64,000 nucleotides of DNA from Amoebophrya sp. A120 (Eukaryota; Protista; Dinoflagellata). Positions 10,666-24,500 of this stretch are shown piece by piece. The first letter of the stretch is position 1, and each line of letters opens with the position of its first letter. The position numbers and the translations under genes were made by a program. Below the pieces are notes generated by a model. That model ran no database searches. It had not been told where the DNA came from and was given only the letters and a program-made list of their open reading frames with translations. Where the stretch lies: NCBI GenBank assembly GCA_905178155.1, contig CAJINV010000003.1:878517-942516 (forward strand), read 5' to 3'.

Positions 10666-13600
10666 ATGACTGTGTTCGAGGAAATGGTAAAGTACCATGC
10701 GGCCTGCATCCAGGAGCTACCGCCCTCGGATCAGCGTGCGAAGTTTCAGCTCCAGGAGGACAAGTTGCTAACGCCTGCGTGGACCAACTTAATCGATGTT
10801 GTATTGCAGGGGATACCACTCGATCAAGCGGCCACGACCGGTACAACAGGTGGAAGCAACAGCAACACTACTTCCATGGCCGTCGCAGCAAACGCTGCTG
10901 TTGTAGATATCACAGGTGCGTTCCCCACGACAACTATGAACGCCGGGAGCAGTAAAACAGCTACGAGCAACACAGGGCCCGACATAAGCAACTTCAGCCT
11001 TAGCAACGCCTCTCAACTGAATCCCCCTCTGGACGGGCGACAGACCAAATTTGTGATCGAATCCCTGCTGCACATGACAAAAAACCCTAATTCAAAGTCC
11101 TACCAGTACTTGCTGAATTCTCGTAAGGAGAAGGTAATCAAGATCTGCGAAAAGGTGATCACTTCGTTTCTGCCGATTCTGGGCCTGCCTGGCCTGGGGG
11201 AGGAAACCAACAGACTCGTGCTTTTGTCGATGGAACTGTTAGCCAGATTCGACACCGCGGCGTTGGAAAAAATTATGCTTGCGAGCTGTATTTATTCCAC
11301 TTGCTTCTGTAGTTTTTTACTCCTATTTTCACGGAACAACATGCGTAACTGTATCGATTCGACTTTGATAGAAAATTGTGTACTTAGTATAATCTTACTT
11401 TGACTTCATTTACGAATAGCAACGGCAGAAGAATATGTGAATGTTGACGACAAGAAAGGATTCTTGCATGAGCAACATTTCGTTGACTGTACTAAAAATT
11501 CTCGAAGTTCTTGTCGCGCATTATTAAGTAAACCTTGGGACGAACCACAGGCACTGCCGCGAGCGCACTCCGCAACCAACCGGAGACGAACCACGCCGCA
11601 ACAACCAACATGAGTCCTCACAACATATCATTGAACCGTAGCCACATTTTGTGCGTGACCCTGTCTATGGAGGCGGTTCACGCCGTGCTGAAGCGGCTGC
11701 ACCCCTCGCAAGCGCCTCCACCCTGGAAAACGCGGCTCAGTTTCGCCAAAACGGCCGCAGAACTGGTACAGCATAGCGCATCCCCCTTCGCCTACAGCAG
11801 CTCGACGGGCGGCGGCGCAGACCACGGTGGTATCCAGCAGCAGGACGAGTTCGTGCTCAAAGTCGCCTGCGTCACCCTCATAGGAACGCTGATGCAGTGC
11901 TCGAAGCTGTTCGTCGACGCGGATTTGCCCACGGCCGCACAGTTCGTCCCCGTGCTCATTCACCAAATCAAGCACACCGACTCCAGGAAAGTTTTCATCG
12001 AGGCGGCCTGGGCGCTGTATTGATTTTTTAGCTTATAAATTTTTATTTTATTCTTTCAAACGGTGCCTGCTTAACGATGAACCTGAGATTTTGAGTTTTT
12101 GTGTCTATGCCAACATCTCCTTTTCGATAATACTGCCAGTACTTTTTGCCTGCAAATCGAATTCTCGTGTGGTTGCAGGTGAAGATCTCCTGCTGAAGTG
12201 CAGTATCTATGTCCGGCCTTCTCGTATTGTAATCGAAAAATATCGCAATATCAGGTCAAAGCTGACCTGCGGGAATCGGTTCGCCTGTGAGCACATGAGC
12301 ACAAGTTTTTTGCTGGAAGCTCTGCAGTCATGTGCGGAGCAACAGAAGCCGGCGATTCGCCCCTTCACCGTGCTGATTCGTCGTATCGCGGGTCTCGCTG
12401 GGATAGCGGAACTGCTGGAGCGCTTCCTGCAGATGATTGAGCAGAAGAGACTGCAGCAGACAGGGGACCCAGCAGGAGCATCCCAGAACATCAACAATGC
12501 AGCAGCTGCTCCCGGGAGCAGTGCACTGTATCGGGAATTGGTGATGCACCTGTGCTGGGTGATCTCGGAAGACACCGAGGACGAGGAACTGTCCGCCGTG
12601 AAGGGTGCGAACGACGAGCCGACGCTGCGAAGATTATTGCAGGCGCTGGCGTCGGTGATTCAGGAGCACACCAACCCGGCTCGGTTTTCCGAGATGGTTG
12701 TCGAGGCCGGCGTCAAAGCCATCGCGAGACTGTATGGGAGTGTCAGGATCGAAATCGACAAAGTCGAAATCGAAAAATTTGTAATGCATAAAATGTAGGG
12801 CACGCAAGGCCTGTGTTGGGGAGCAGGCAAATCAGACCGATTGCAAGCCTGTTTAGGGGAAGACGATGCGCTGCCAGAGTAGCATGACAGGAGCAGTCCT
12901 CTTTGCCCAAACAGCATGACAAGCTGGATTTTGTTGCTCCCGAAATTTGTCATGCGCCAGCTCGAAACTGGTGCTCCAACTGCTAGCGATTTTATGCATC
13001 ACAAATTATTAATTTAGATTTCGTTGATTTCGATTCTGGCAGTTCCATAGTCTGGGGGAACTGCGTATGGAGCCGCGCATCCTCCAGTTTCTGCGGGACG
13101 GGTTGAACACGAATTCCGCCAACATTCGCACGGCCACCCTGGAGGCGCTGTGCAACCTACTGCTGAAACAGCACCACCTGCTCTTCGTCCGCCAGGCGCC
13201 CCACGCCGCGGGGGACGCCACCGCCGCGCTGGAGGACATCCTGGCTCTCGTGAACAGCAATCTGGACGACAACACGCGCGCGACCAGTAAGGATGAACTC
13301 GGGTACTCGCTGCGCCTGCGCATCATTCTCGCCCCGCTCCGGGTGCGGATGGACAGTATCAGGACCAACACCTCCTTTGACGAACAGCAGTCGCGCTACT
13401 ACCGCGAGGCCTTCCGACGCGCAACCGACGCGATACTGCTGATGAGCACGACGGGTTCAAATGGTGGCCCGCAATGCGCTCATCATCTCCGCAGTTCAAC
13501 ATCATCAAATCGAAACAGTGGAACAACATCAACTTCGCAACCGCAAAAGACGTACTCCTCTGATGTAAACATAGAGGACGCCGCGTTGCTGCAGCAACTG

Positions 13601-15354
13601 CTGAGTTTTGGGTCCGACCCCAGTGCGTCGAGCCCGAACGTCGCGACGCTTTTTAAGGATAGATTTCCGGTGCTCTGCGTGTGCTTCGGCGAGCTGCTGA
13701 ATGACGAGATGTTTCCCAAGGAGGACGTACCTCAGGACGCGTTCGACCGCCTCTGTCTGGTCTTCTGCCGGTGTTTGCAGCAGTGCCTGCCCCCCAGTGC
13801 CTTTTCTGGTGCGATGAATGCGAACAACCAAAACAGCTTCCTGGATCCGATGCAGATGAATTCCGATCTGGACCAATTCCACTTGCGCAAGTCCGTGTCG
13901 AGTGTTTCCTCCTCCACGTACGAGCACATGATCCAACAGAACACGGCCGTGGCGCTCCAGCCGTATTGCGTGACCGCGATCGAGATTCTCGCGCAGGCAC
14001 TGCAGCTCTGCTCGCCGAAATTTCCCGTGGCGGAGGTCGCCATGCCCATTTTCGTGGAGACGCTGCGGCACATCCGCATCGATAAGCACGAGTTCATCTC
14101 GCAGGTGTGCGGTGCCTTCAACAGCTTGATCGCAAACTCCAGGAAAACCAACCTCCACCGCCTCTCCAGCATCAGCACCGCGGGTAGTTCCAGTGATGAC
14201 CTGACCAACGTGCTGCAGCAAAACAACGTCAGCCAGGCGGCGTCGATAGAGAAGCGGTTACAGGAGCTGGGTTTAGACCGTATCCTGCAGGATTGGATCA
14301 AGTGCTACCCAGAGAACCGCAACCTGCAACGCGAAGCCTTTCTCACGCTGGGCCTCACGATGCAGTCGGCGAAGCCGATTTTGCAGCTGATGCAGTCGCA
14401 GTCTTTCGCCTTTCACACCATCGTGGGAGCGGTAATCGCGTTGACCGACTTGGTGCGCTTGGGCTACGCCTACCCCGAAGACGAGGCATCACTCGCGCTC
14501 ACTTTGGTACAATTTGATGTCTACTTTGTTCACATTTTCGTGTATTGATGTCGTGGTGATTTTTTAGATCGTGTTCGTGATTGTCTGTCCACGCTCCTCT
14601 GAAAATAGACCTGCATGCGGGCAGCATTTCAGATTTAAGCTCATGTCTCTTCGTGCTGTTGTACTTCATCATGTGTCCGTGTGCTATACGTGGTAAAAAA
14701 AATCCATTTACATGTTTTTGACAGATCCAAGTGTCGATGCAGACTTTTAGCAACTCGCGTTCGAAGGAGGACGGCACGCTGGAGGCGCAGGCCGAGGTAT
14801 GCGTGGGGTTGCTGGCGTCGCGCACCCAGAGACAGAACTTTTCCTTTCCAAAAGATAGCCCGCACTACGTGGATCCAAAGGCGAGCGCCACGTCCTCTCT
14901 GAGTTCGACGACGATGACGAGCAATAACTCCTCGAATAGTAACCCGCAGAGCGCCTTTTCGTACAGTCAGGGACCCAATAGCGCGCCGACCTCGCCACAC
15001 CAGCACGGCTTTGGTGCGCCACAGATTTCCATTTCCTCCCCCACCGGTGGGTTTAACACGAATCCTATGTACGGCGGCGACCAGCCGCAGCTTTCGCCGT
15101 TCAACAAGCCCATGACCAGTGCTGGGTCGTTCTTCGGCGCAGGGATTCCTAATCCCGCGAGCGGAGGGCAACAACACTCGCCGCACTTTCAACCCACTTC
15201 CATGACCAGTGCCACTTTCTCGCCAACGGCGGCGCCGCAGCCGGGCTCCTCACCGTTCTTCGGTGCTAGCAGTGGGGGGATGCCCTTCGGCTCACCGACC
15301 GGGGGACCGCCACTGCCGCAAATGGGAACCGCAACACTTTTCTCTCTTTCGTGA
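10666..15354 (+). CDS. Multi-exon ARM/HEAT-repeat-like protein with low-complexity Ser/Pro/Gly C-terminus
   Basis: ORF segments 10666-~11285, ~11535-12018, ~12179-12732, 13055-14506, 14725-15354; helical repeat-like motifs (EAAWAL, TLEALCNLL, QVCGAFNSL); GT-AG intron 14507-14724; first two junctions and true start uncertain. Confidence 0.6.
12733..13049. mobile_element. Introner-like TIR element, family B (copy B2, inverted relative to B1)
   Basis: TATGGGAGTGTCAGGATCGAAATCGAC / GTTGATTTCGATTCTGGCAGTTCCATA; repeat GACTG/GTCTG; removing 322 nt gives IARL-GELRMEPR; interior is the reverse-complement homologue of 2876-3174. Confidence 0.9.
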
Positions 15355-16381
15355 ATGCAGATGCACGGAAGGAGTGCACGACGTGTATGATAGGAGATTG
15401 ATACAGATAGGGATTATATCTTCGTAGAACAGAACAGGGTGGTCACATGAAGGTAGAAATGTGAACTTCTGCGCGAAATGAACCAGGCGAATAAGTGCAG
15501 CTGCCAGCTGCAAGGAGGAGATTTTTTAAACTTACAATTAGGGTCTACAACAGTTTCTGTTTCGCAATCATCACGACCTTTGGTGCGAGGTCTCGCCGAG
15601 CTTTCCGCACCGGAAATAACGAGCCCGCGTGCTGCCTGCTTCGCTATCAAGTGAAGCACAGGGGTAGGTGTTCGACTTGGAGTTGATATTGAACTTGATC
15701 GAGATCGCCGCCGCGAAACTTTGCTGCACAGTTGTATTTTTGCTATTCATCACAAAAACATTGAAATTGATCTGAGAAGTGAATAATCCAAAAATCCGTC
15801 TGAAGATCTACCCACGAGGACATCGTGAAGTAGAGAAAGAGATCATAGCTGTGGAATTTTGCCTCGGTCAAAGTCCATCACTTCTTCACGACGATCACCT
15901 TTTGCACCTTCGTGATTTTTCAGAAACTGATCTTGATCTGATGCTGATTGTTCCAAGAAATCCAAGCCACATCAAACAGAGCTTCAGTAAGTGCAGGGAC
16001 GATCCTTTCCGATAAAAGATAAGTTGTCGAAGCAAGCCTGTTTGTCGAAGCGAGCCTGTTTATGGCGATGACGAAGACGATCCGATAAATTTTTGATGGC
16101 TGCAATAAAGACAGTAACCACGACATAATCCTGCTATATTTGTTGTCTTGTGGTGTATCAGGCTTGATCGGAGCATCAAGCTCGTGTCTTCTAAGTACTC
16201 TGCCATGATGATCAAACTGCAGGAACAACAGGACGCCCCCTTGTGTAGCCACCAAAACAATTTTTTTTGAAAGGTAAATTCCAATGAATTTGAAGTTTGG
16301 TTTTGAAGAAGTTGCGGCCCCTTACTTCTCCTAAGTCTTCAAAGCAGCCATTGCAAATAAAAAGCATACTGATACTTGACT

Positions 16382-19300
16382 ATGTCGACCGCGGAAGAGA
16401 CTGTTCTGACGTTGGTCCGTGCTTTGGCGGACGGCAAGTGCACGGGTGAGCAGCAGAAGCAGGCCGAGCGAAGTTTCAACGAGCTTCGGGATGGCAAGCC
16501 AGAAGACTGCTTATCTGGTCTCCTGACCATTATGGACCGGGTGTGCGAAGGGTCCGCAACAGCAGCTTTGTCCAAAGAAGACACGGCCATCGCGTCGTCC
16601 GCTCTGGTGTTGTTGAAGAACACCATCCCCAAGGTCTGGTCTGCCCCGACCGTGGCTCCGCAGCAGGCACAGTTGTGTGAACGTTTGACGACGTGCTTCT
16701 TGAAGGATACCTGCCCCGCGACGATTCGCAAGAGCGTGGGACACGTGATTGAAAACATTCTGGTGTCGAAGGACTGCGGGGGGGACGTCAGGGACCTGTT
16801 AAGAAAAGGTATACTTAGTTCTAGTACTTCGGGCTTTGTCAACACTACTGGGTTTGGAGAAAACCTTCGTTTTGTTGACGTTGACCCGCTTAGACTTACA
16901 TCTTGATGAATTTCAATTTTTGTTCTGTTTTCAACGGAAGTACTCGTATTTCTATTTTCACAGAATAAATTTCCATTGCAAATTTATTTGCAAAAATCAC
17001 GATCAGAACTGGTTCCGACCCTGGGCCGTGCTTTGGACCAGAATATCGCCGCCCACCTTGGTCCGGTATTGCAGTTCCTCGTGGACGGTATGCAGGGCTT
17101 GGTCTTTTTCGAGCAGGTCTGCATGCCACATCAGGCGAAAATGGAGCAGCTTCTTCTGACGGACCCCAGCCAGCACAACGTTCCCCTGGGCGGCGAGCTC
17201 CGCGCACTCCTGTTCCTGCGCATTGTCGAGTGGACCGCGGCGGAAAAAATTCCGCACGAGCTGGTGAAGAAATTCGTGCCCGCCGGAGTGTTACAAGTTC
17301 TAATCAACTCCGATAATACGACAAAGCAGAAGGAAATCCTGCAGGCAATGGTGGAGGCCGCCGGGAAGAACATCTTCTCCGCCCAAGTCGACGCGAATTT
17401 GCTCCACGCCGGGATCCAGGCGTGCAACCAGGTCGCGCAGAAAAACGAGGAGGAGCTTTTAGCCACAGCCATCGAGACCATTCTCGCACTTTTGGAAGCG
17501 GAGGAGATCGAACACCTGGGCAAAACCGATTTGCTGCAGCAGGTCCTCTCGCTGGTGTTCAACATGTGCCTCAGGATCGACGTGGACAACTACGATTCCT
17601 GGATTGAGGAGAGCAACGACGAGGACGACACGGAAGAGGAGGTTGGCGTGGGCCTGGACGCGCTGGACCGCCTGATGCGGAAAACCCAGCTGGACGACGA
17701 GTCGGACCCGGCGCTGTTGCAGCCCTTTTTCGCCAAAATGCAAAGTGAATTGCAGGCCAACAACTGGGCCCACAACGTGTCGCGTTTGTTGATGCTCCAG
17801 TACGTTTTGGCGTACGTGCAAACGCCCGAGCATTTGGAGCAGGTGACCAAAGCGGCGCTGGACACCGTGGTCAACATGGGCAGCAACGCCCGCGAGCGGT
17901 TCGCCGCCTGGCTGCTGCTCGGCGAGTTTTGCCAGAGCAAGCGCGAGTTCTCTCTCCGCGATGAGCAGACAAGGCAAGCCTGGATTGAGGCTTTGACCAA
18001 CGCAATTGAGAACGAAAAGTGCACCCGGGTATTGGCAAAAGCCCTCGACTGCTTCCTCTACTACGTGGCCGACGACAGCTCGCTGGAGCTCGAGGACATC
18101 GAGGCCTTTGCGCCAAGGCTGCTGAAAAACTTCCTGAAGATTGTGGAGGAAGCCGACCAGGTGTTCGACACACGGGATAAGGGAGGCTGCTCCAGCACGA
18201 CCGCTTGGAACAGCAACAACGCTCCCGGCACCCCTTCGACGGCGGATGGCCAGAGTCCGGCGCACAGTGTACTAGGCAACACGAGTAAGTCGCACGACGT
18301 GACGAACCTGTCCGCGAGGATGAAGCTGGTCCTGAATCTCCAAGTGACCGCACTTGGCTGCATAACCGGCGTCGCGGAAACGATGCAAGAGGAGGGCGTG
18401 CGCAGTTTCTACAGCGATCTGATGCCACTACTGTTCAAGGTGATGGAGAAGAACGGCAGCAGCGCGGACTCCCGGGAGTTATTGGGCGCCGCGATCGAGT
18501 GCGCGAGCACGCTGGGCAGCTACAGCACGCCCGAGCAGTTCGCGGGCGACGCGAAACAGATCTGCAGCGCGATGTGCAACGTGTTGCGCACGGCCACCAT
18601 GGCCGACGACCCCGTCAAGGACTACGCGTTCGCGGCCGCGGACAAACTCGTGTCCGTGATGAAGCAGGACTTTGTGCCCTTCCTCCCTAGCTTCCTCCCG
18701 GAGGTGTACGCCCGACTGAAGAAGGAGGGGTTTGACGCGACCGATAAATCCGCTTTGGAGAACCTCTCCCACGACGACATCTCCGCCCAGCAGATGGAGA
18801 TTTCCATGACAGTTCGGCTCGACCCGAAGACCGGGGAGCAGAAGCTGCTCTGCATCAAGACGGCCTACATTGACGACCTGCACAACGCGCTCAGCGTGCT
18901 GCAGAAGTTCTTGGAGCATTTACAGGGAGATTTCATCCCTTACGTGGAGCAGTGCGTGCAGGAAATCACCCCGTTGTTAGATTTCGAGTACGACGACGCC
19001 GTCCGCGCCAGCGCGTACGACGTCTACGCCGAAGTGGTCAAGCTGTGCACCAAGGCCGACAAGAAGCCCGCCGCGCAGTCGCTGGTGACCCAGTTTGCGA
19101 CCCACGTGCTCGCGGCCTGGAAAAAAACCGACGAAACGGAAGCCATGGACCCGTCCGCAACGCGGACCCAGGCGGACGGCCTGGAGAACGTACTGAAAGC
19201 GGCCGGCCCGGGCGTACTGAGTGTCACGCAAGTCAACGAAATCGCGAAGGCCTGCATCTCGCAGCTCAAGTCCACGCTGTCGCGCGAACACAAAGACCAG

Positions 19301-20605
19301 GACGAGGAAGACCTGGATATGGAGGGAGACTTGCAGGTAAAGTTGTGTTTTCATGCGGACTTCGAGTTTCGCTAGATATTTCTATTTGATGTCCTATGAG
19401 CAAAAGCAAGCCAAGTTGTCCAAGGTCAATGCAACGGGCGCAGCAGCGCTGCTCGACATATTTCTTTATGTGTCATACCCATATGGTGAACGTCACGGCC
19501 GCACTTGGGACTCCTGGTCCTGGTCGTGCTCCCGTGCATATTCATGAACTTGAACATGTAGGAATACTAAAAGAACCACGAAATCATAAAATCCGAACAG
19601 GTCTCTCTAGTAAGCGCGATTGGCGGGTTGATGCAGCACCACCGCGAGGAATTTGCACAAGAAGGATTCGCCCTCCACTCCCAACTGATGACGGAGTGCA
19701 TCAACAGTCCCGACCCGGAATTGGTTCGCGTGGGTCGGCTGATCGCGGCGGACTTTTTGGAACACATGCCGAACCACACAAAGACCTTGTGGCCCACGGT
19801 TCTGCCCAAGCTCATCGTTGCGGTGGACACGAAGAGCATCCCGGAGGTCGTGCAAGCGGGGGCGTTTGCCCTCTCGATGCTGGTCAAGGAGCCGGAATTC
19901 GCACTGACGGGGGAAACGAAAAACGTCGCGGACCGATGTGCCAAGTACGTCGAAAAAGTCGCTGGCTGGAAGAAGGGAAGCCTGCCAAAGGGCATGCAGT
20001 TCGCAAGCGACAACTGCCTTGCTTGTCTCGGAAACTTGCTTCTAGCACACGGCACGCAGCTCGGTACTCATTTTCATTGATGTGGTTTTGCTTTTGCGCT
20101 TTTAAGTTATGAAACTAGCACAGAGACAGACGACCGAGTTGTTACTCATTTTTCGCGATTTCTTTGTACGTTCGTTACGAATGTAGAACGAAATCGCGAA
20201 AAACGTAGATGTTGGACTTGGAGACGGAGAAGGATCTCGCAATTCGAAAATACAATCGTAGAACAACCTAAAACTTGTACAGGTGAAAACGAAGCCCGTG
20301 GTATGTGGCAAGGCTGGATGAAGTGCTTGCCTCTGAAGGAGGACGAGGAGGAGGCCGTTCGGGTGCACGAGTCACTGGTTGATCTGGTCCTCGCCCAGGA
20401 CCAGAGGGTTCTCGCCAACCTCGACGAAGCCGTTCGCGTCATGACCCTCGTCTACAAGACACCGATGGCGAACCAGCGCATCAACGAAAAGATCGTCAAG
20501 ATCGTCCGCGGCGTCAGTAGCACCTTGTTGGAAAAGGCCATATCGGGCTTTTCAAAAAAACTGCAAGCCAAAGTGCGTCGTATCTATCAAGACGTCAATG
20601 CATAA
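16382..20605 (+). CDS. IPO5: Importin-beta family karyopherin, importin-5/Kap121(Pse1)-like
   Basis: GT-AG introns 16809-17006, 19337-19600, 20064-20282 join in frame; motifs DDPVKDY..FVPFLP, CIKTAYIDD, PLLDFEYDDAVRASA and C-terminal LPLKEDEEEA resemble importin-5. Confidence 0.8.
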
Positions 20606-21588
20606 AGGAAAGCGAAGCTTTCACTTTTGCCCTCAATCAAGATCATAATAATGCAGCCGAAATCTAGAGAAAGGCAAAAGGAAATACTATTTCAAAGAAT
20701 AAACTTCTAAAACTTGTGTACCAGTCGCGCTTCTGGTGAAGGTTGTTACGGTCTGACTACAACCGACGAACAAGTTGCTTTCCAACGTGTTGCACATCAA
20801 ATTTGATCTGAATGTAGCGAAGCGCCTCGCCACCTCATCGTCTTCAGGCAAGCGAGCAGCTCCAGCCTGTCTCCTGGTACTTGATCTCGACGTCAGTACC
20901 AAGCTGGTTTAAAAGAACTGTGTTCCAGTACTACGACTGAAAAGGATGCTTGTCATTCTTCACACCAATGATGTGACATCGGTCCGTTGTTTGTTCTAAT
21001 TGTGATCCGTTATTCTTAGCCCACCCCTTTGCAGCAAGGTAAGACATACGAAAAGGAGCGCGCATCATGCGCTGCACAAAAAAAGAACTACAACATGATG
21101 ATGATGCTCTCCTGATGTGTCGGTCCCGATGTAGTCGCGCACGTCGACCACACCAACATGCACATCCTTGACAATTGCCTTGTCAAGTGAAGTTGATTTT
21201 GACTGTGTCGCTCATTCCAATTTTCCCGCCAGATCCATGGTCCCATAGACGTATTTATAGTTTCCCTAGATCATCTGCAATCAACACAAGAAAGTCATTC
21301 CCTTGCATTAGACCACCTCCTTGTAGTTTCCTGTACGATCATCAGCATCATGTTTTGTTTTTGGATTTAGCGATTGATCATGTTGAGTTCGTATTTGCTT
21401 TGTTTCGACCTTCAGTAAAGAAATCCCAAGAAGATGAAGATGAAAAGGAAGATCGTCCTGTAGTCCCCCTGTACCTGTTCATGCCCTTGTTGACCGGTTT
21501 AAGATTTTAACTCCATTGTTTTGGCCGTGTTACCGCTAGAAACTACTAGCATTTTTCATAGCACCAATCGAACAGCACCCACGCCACC

Positions 21589-24500
21589 ATGTACCCCATC
21601 ATTTACGACGGTCTTTCGGCCGACCGCATCCCCCTGCAGATTCCCCATCTGCGTAGCTCCTCCACCACGAACTCCGCTTCTCGGCGCAGTTCCAGCACCA
21701 CCTCCGCACGAACTTCCAGCACGGCCTCGAGAGCAAGAAGCACCAGAAGCACTCGGGCGACGAGCATTGCGGACGAGGAGGACGAGGATGTTGACGCGCG
21801 TACTACTGCAACTAGCACAAAGACTGGCGGTGACCAGCGTAATTGTACGAGCCACGGGGACGAGGAGGACGACCCGGTAGATCATAATGGCCGCCTAGGC
21901 GGCGAAAACGATAATGAACCCAACACCGAAATAGCGCGAGATGCTTCCGCCTCCTCCAACAAGCCCCTTCCCAAATGGCGGCTTGTTGACCTTTTCCCGC
22001 AGCTCCCCCCGCCCCAGCGGTTTTTACGGTTTGTGGACTTGGAGGAAGGGGAGGTGCTGACGCGAATCGATGTGGAAAAGGAGCGCGACTTGGACTTTTC
22101 GAATCCCTGGGAGCTTGCCCTGATGCGGCCCGGCGTAGACGCAATGGGCCAGCACGAAAAAGACGAAGAGATCTTGGGGGGCGCGGCGATAACTACAGGT
22201 GGTGCTCCTGGCGGAACAACTACAACTTCTGGTGAAAGCGCAGGGGCGCAACAACGTCCGGTGTACAACTCGCCCAGGACTCACTCTATCGACTCCAGCA
22301 CACAGGCCAGCTCTGCTGGTGCCCGGGAAACTAATAATTATACAGGCGGCTCTTCAGTGTCAACCGGTCGCATCAAGATTGACGATCTCATAAACGCCGA
22401 CATGAATCATGAAAATGATCGAATACCTCCGAACAATACCGTAGACGACCCATGGGGGCGGGCGCCTGCCGCCCACATCAGCAGCAAAACGTATTCCACG
22501 CGAAATCGGCATGCAGCGTTTCTGAAGAACAACTTCGGCACCGCACGGCAGGTAGCTACGTATATGACGGATCTCTACGCCCATTTTGCAGACATTTTGG
22601 TGCACGAGGGCCGTGTAAGTGGGGACTATCGAAACCGGATCTTGATTGACACCTTCATGGACTCGGTGCAGAGTGGCAAGCCCTTCTACAACCCCGATGA
22701 CGACTACTTCCAGCAAGAAGTCGCTTCTGGAACAGCAGACTTGTTCCACGACAACAGTTGTGCCGCGGTGGATAATAAAGTAGAGCGGGCTCCGACTAAT
22801 TATAGAGACGATCGCCAACATGATGTTCAGCGGCCCGGTACTTCTGCGTTGCCCGCTCCAGGAGCCACGACGGACCACAATTCGGAACTCGCATCCCTCT
22901 ACACAAATCGAAGCGAAAGCGGGGCGCACTTGTCCGAAATAGGTATCGACTTCTCTTCCAGCTCGTTGGCGGACCTGCAAGACGAAAAGACGCGACGTGC
23001 TAGTAGTACAGTAGACGAATCGTCTACGTCTGCAGTCATTCGACTTGCTGGACAACAGGAGGTCGTGAAAATGGTGTCTACTTCATATGACAAAAATTCG
23101 AGAGAGTCTCTGAATTCCACTAACTCGTCAAACAGCTTCTCTCCGCGCGTTCGAAGGTCCTCGGGTACGAACCTGGAGCGGTGGCGGCCAACCTTGGCCG
23201 AATACATGTATGTTGCGAACGCGGCGATTGCGCAGCTGAGCCAGAATCCCCGCCAGCTCGCCGGATTTCTCGGCTATGCCGCATCCATGGCCCCTTTAGG
23301 TATATTCGCGGAGACCCTGCAGGCCGTGCGGCACTGCTGCGGCATCTACGAGGATAACTTGCTTGTTCCGAACGGTGTCTACTCGCTGGACTCGATGACC
23401 TCCACACATCAAGGTGTGTCATTAAGCCGCGAAGAGGAGCTGGAAGAGCTGTCCTCGTTGCACCGGCAGACCAGCGGCAGCAGTTTCGCCGAGTACCGCC
23501 ATACGCCTACGAGATCAGCGCAAGTCGGAGCTGCACCCATGGCCATGGGAGGTGTCGGCGCTAGTAGTCCGCACGCTGCACGCACTTCAACCTGGGAAAA
23601 TGGGAAACTCGTGGAACTGTCGACAACCTCAACCACTGGTCATGCCAGCACGTCGGTGGAACACGATTTTTATCAATTACAATACCTCCAGTTCCAGAAG
23701 CTCGAGAACGAGGTGGCGCAGGCCATGAGCAACAACTCGACGAACTTCAAGCACGACAACCTGCCGCCGCAGATTCGCATCCCGCCCAAGGAGCACATGT
23801 TCATGGAACAAAATAGCGTGCTACTCGAGTACCGAGGCAGCCCGGCGGGTTTAGATGACAAGCAAAAGATGAAGCTTCTGTCCTCGATTCTGAACCAGCG
23901 CGCTTTTTGCGCCAAGACGCCGCTGAGCCTGGCTTGCGAGAAAGGGCGCCCGCAGGTGGTCCGCGCGCTGCTTGCCGAGCCGCTGTTGGACGTTAATTGC
24001 ATTTCGGGCTTTGGGCGCACCCCGCTGATGCAGGCCGCCGCCAACGGGCACGAACAGGTCGTGCGGTTGTTGCTGCAGCATCCGGAGCTGCACGTAGCAC
24101 GACGATCGGACACCAACACGACAGCACTGTACTCCGCGGCGGCGGCAGGACACGGCGTTATTGTTGAAATTTTTCTGGAATACTTCAAAAACCTTCACGC
24201 CGTCGCGGCCAAAACGCTTAATCATAGTACAACAGGACGAGGAGAAGTGCGAGGAACAGGAGCTGCTGGAAATCACGACCCACAAGAACAACTACACGAA
24301 GTCGAAGACCCTTCTTTCTCAAACGACTTCTCTCTGTCCTGCCATTCCCTTTTGTCGCAGATGTCGCAGAAGTTCGGTCGATCAGCCTGGCTGGCCTCTT
24401 ACACCGGCTCGGTCAACGTGATCTCCGTTTTCTTGACGCATTTGCAAGGTATTAGAGGGCACAGAACGAGTTGTACCCGCCACGGGGCGCCCACGGCGCA

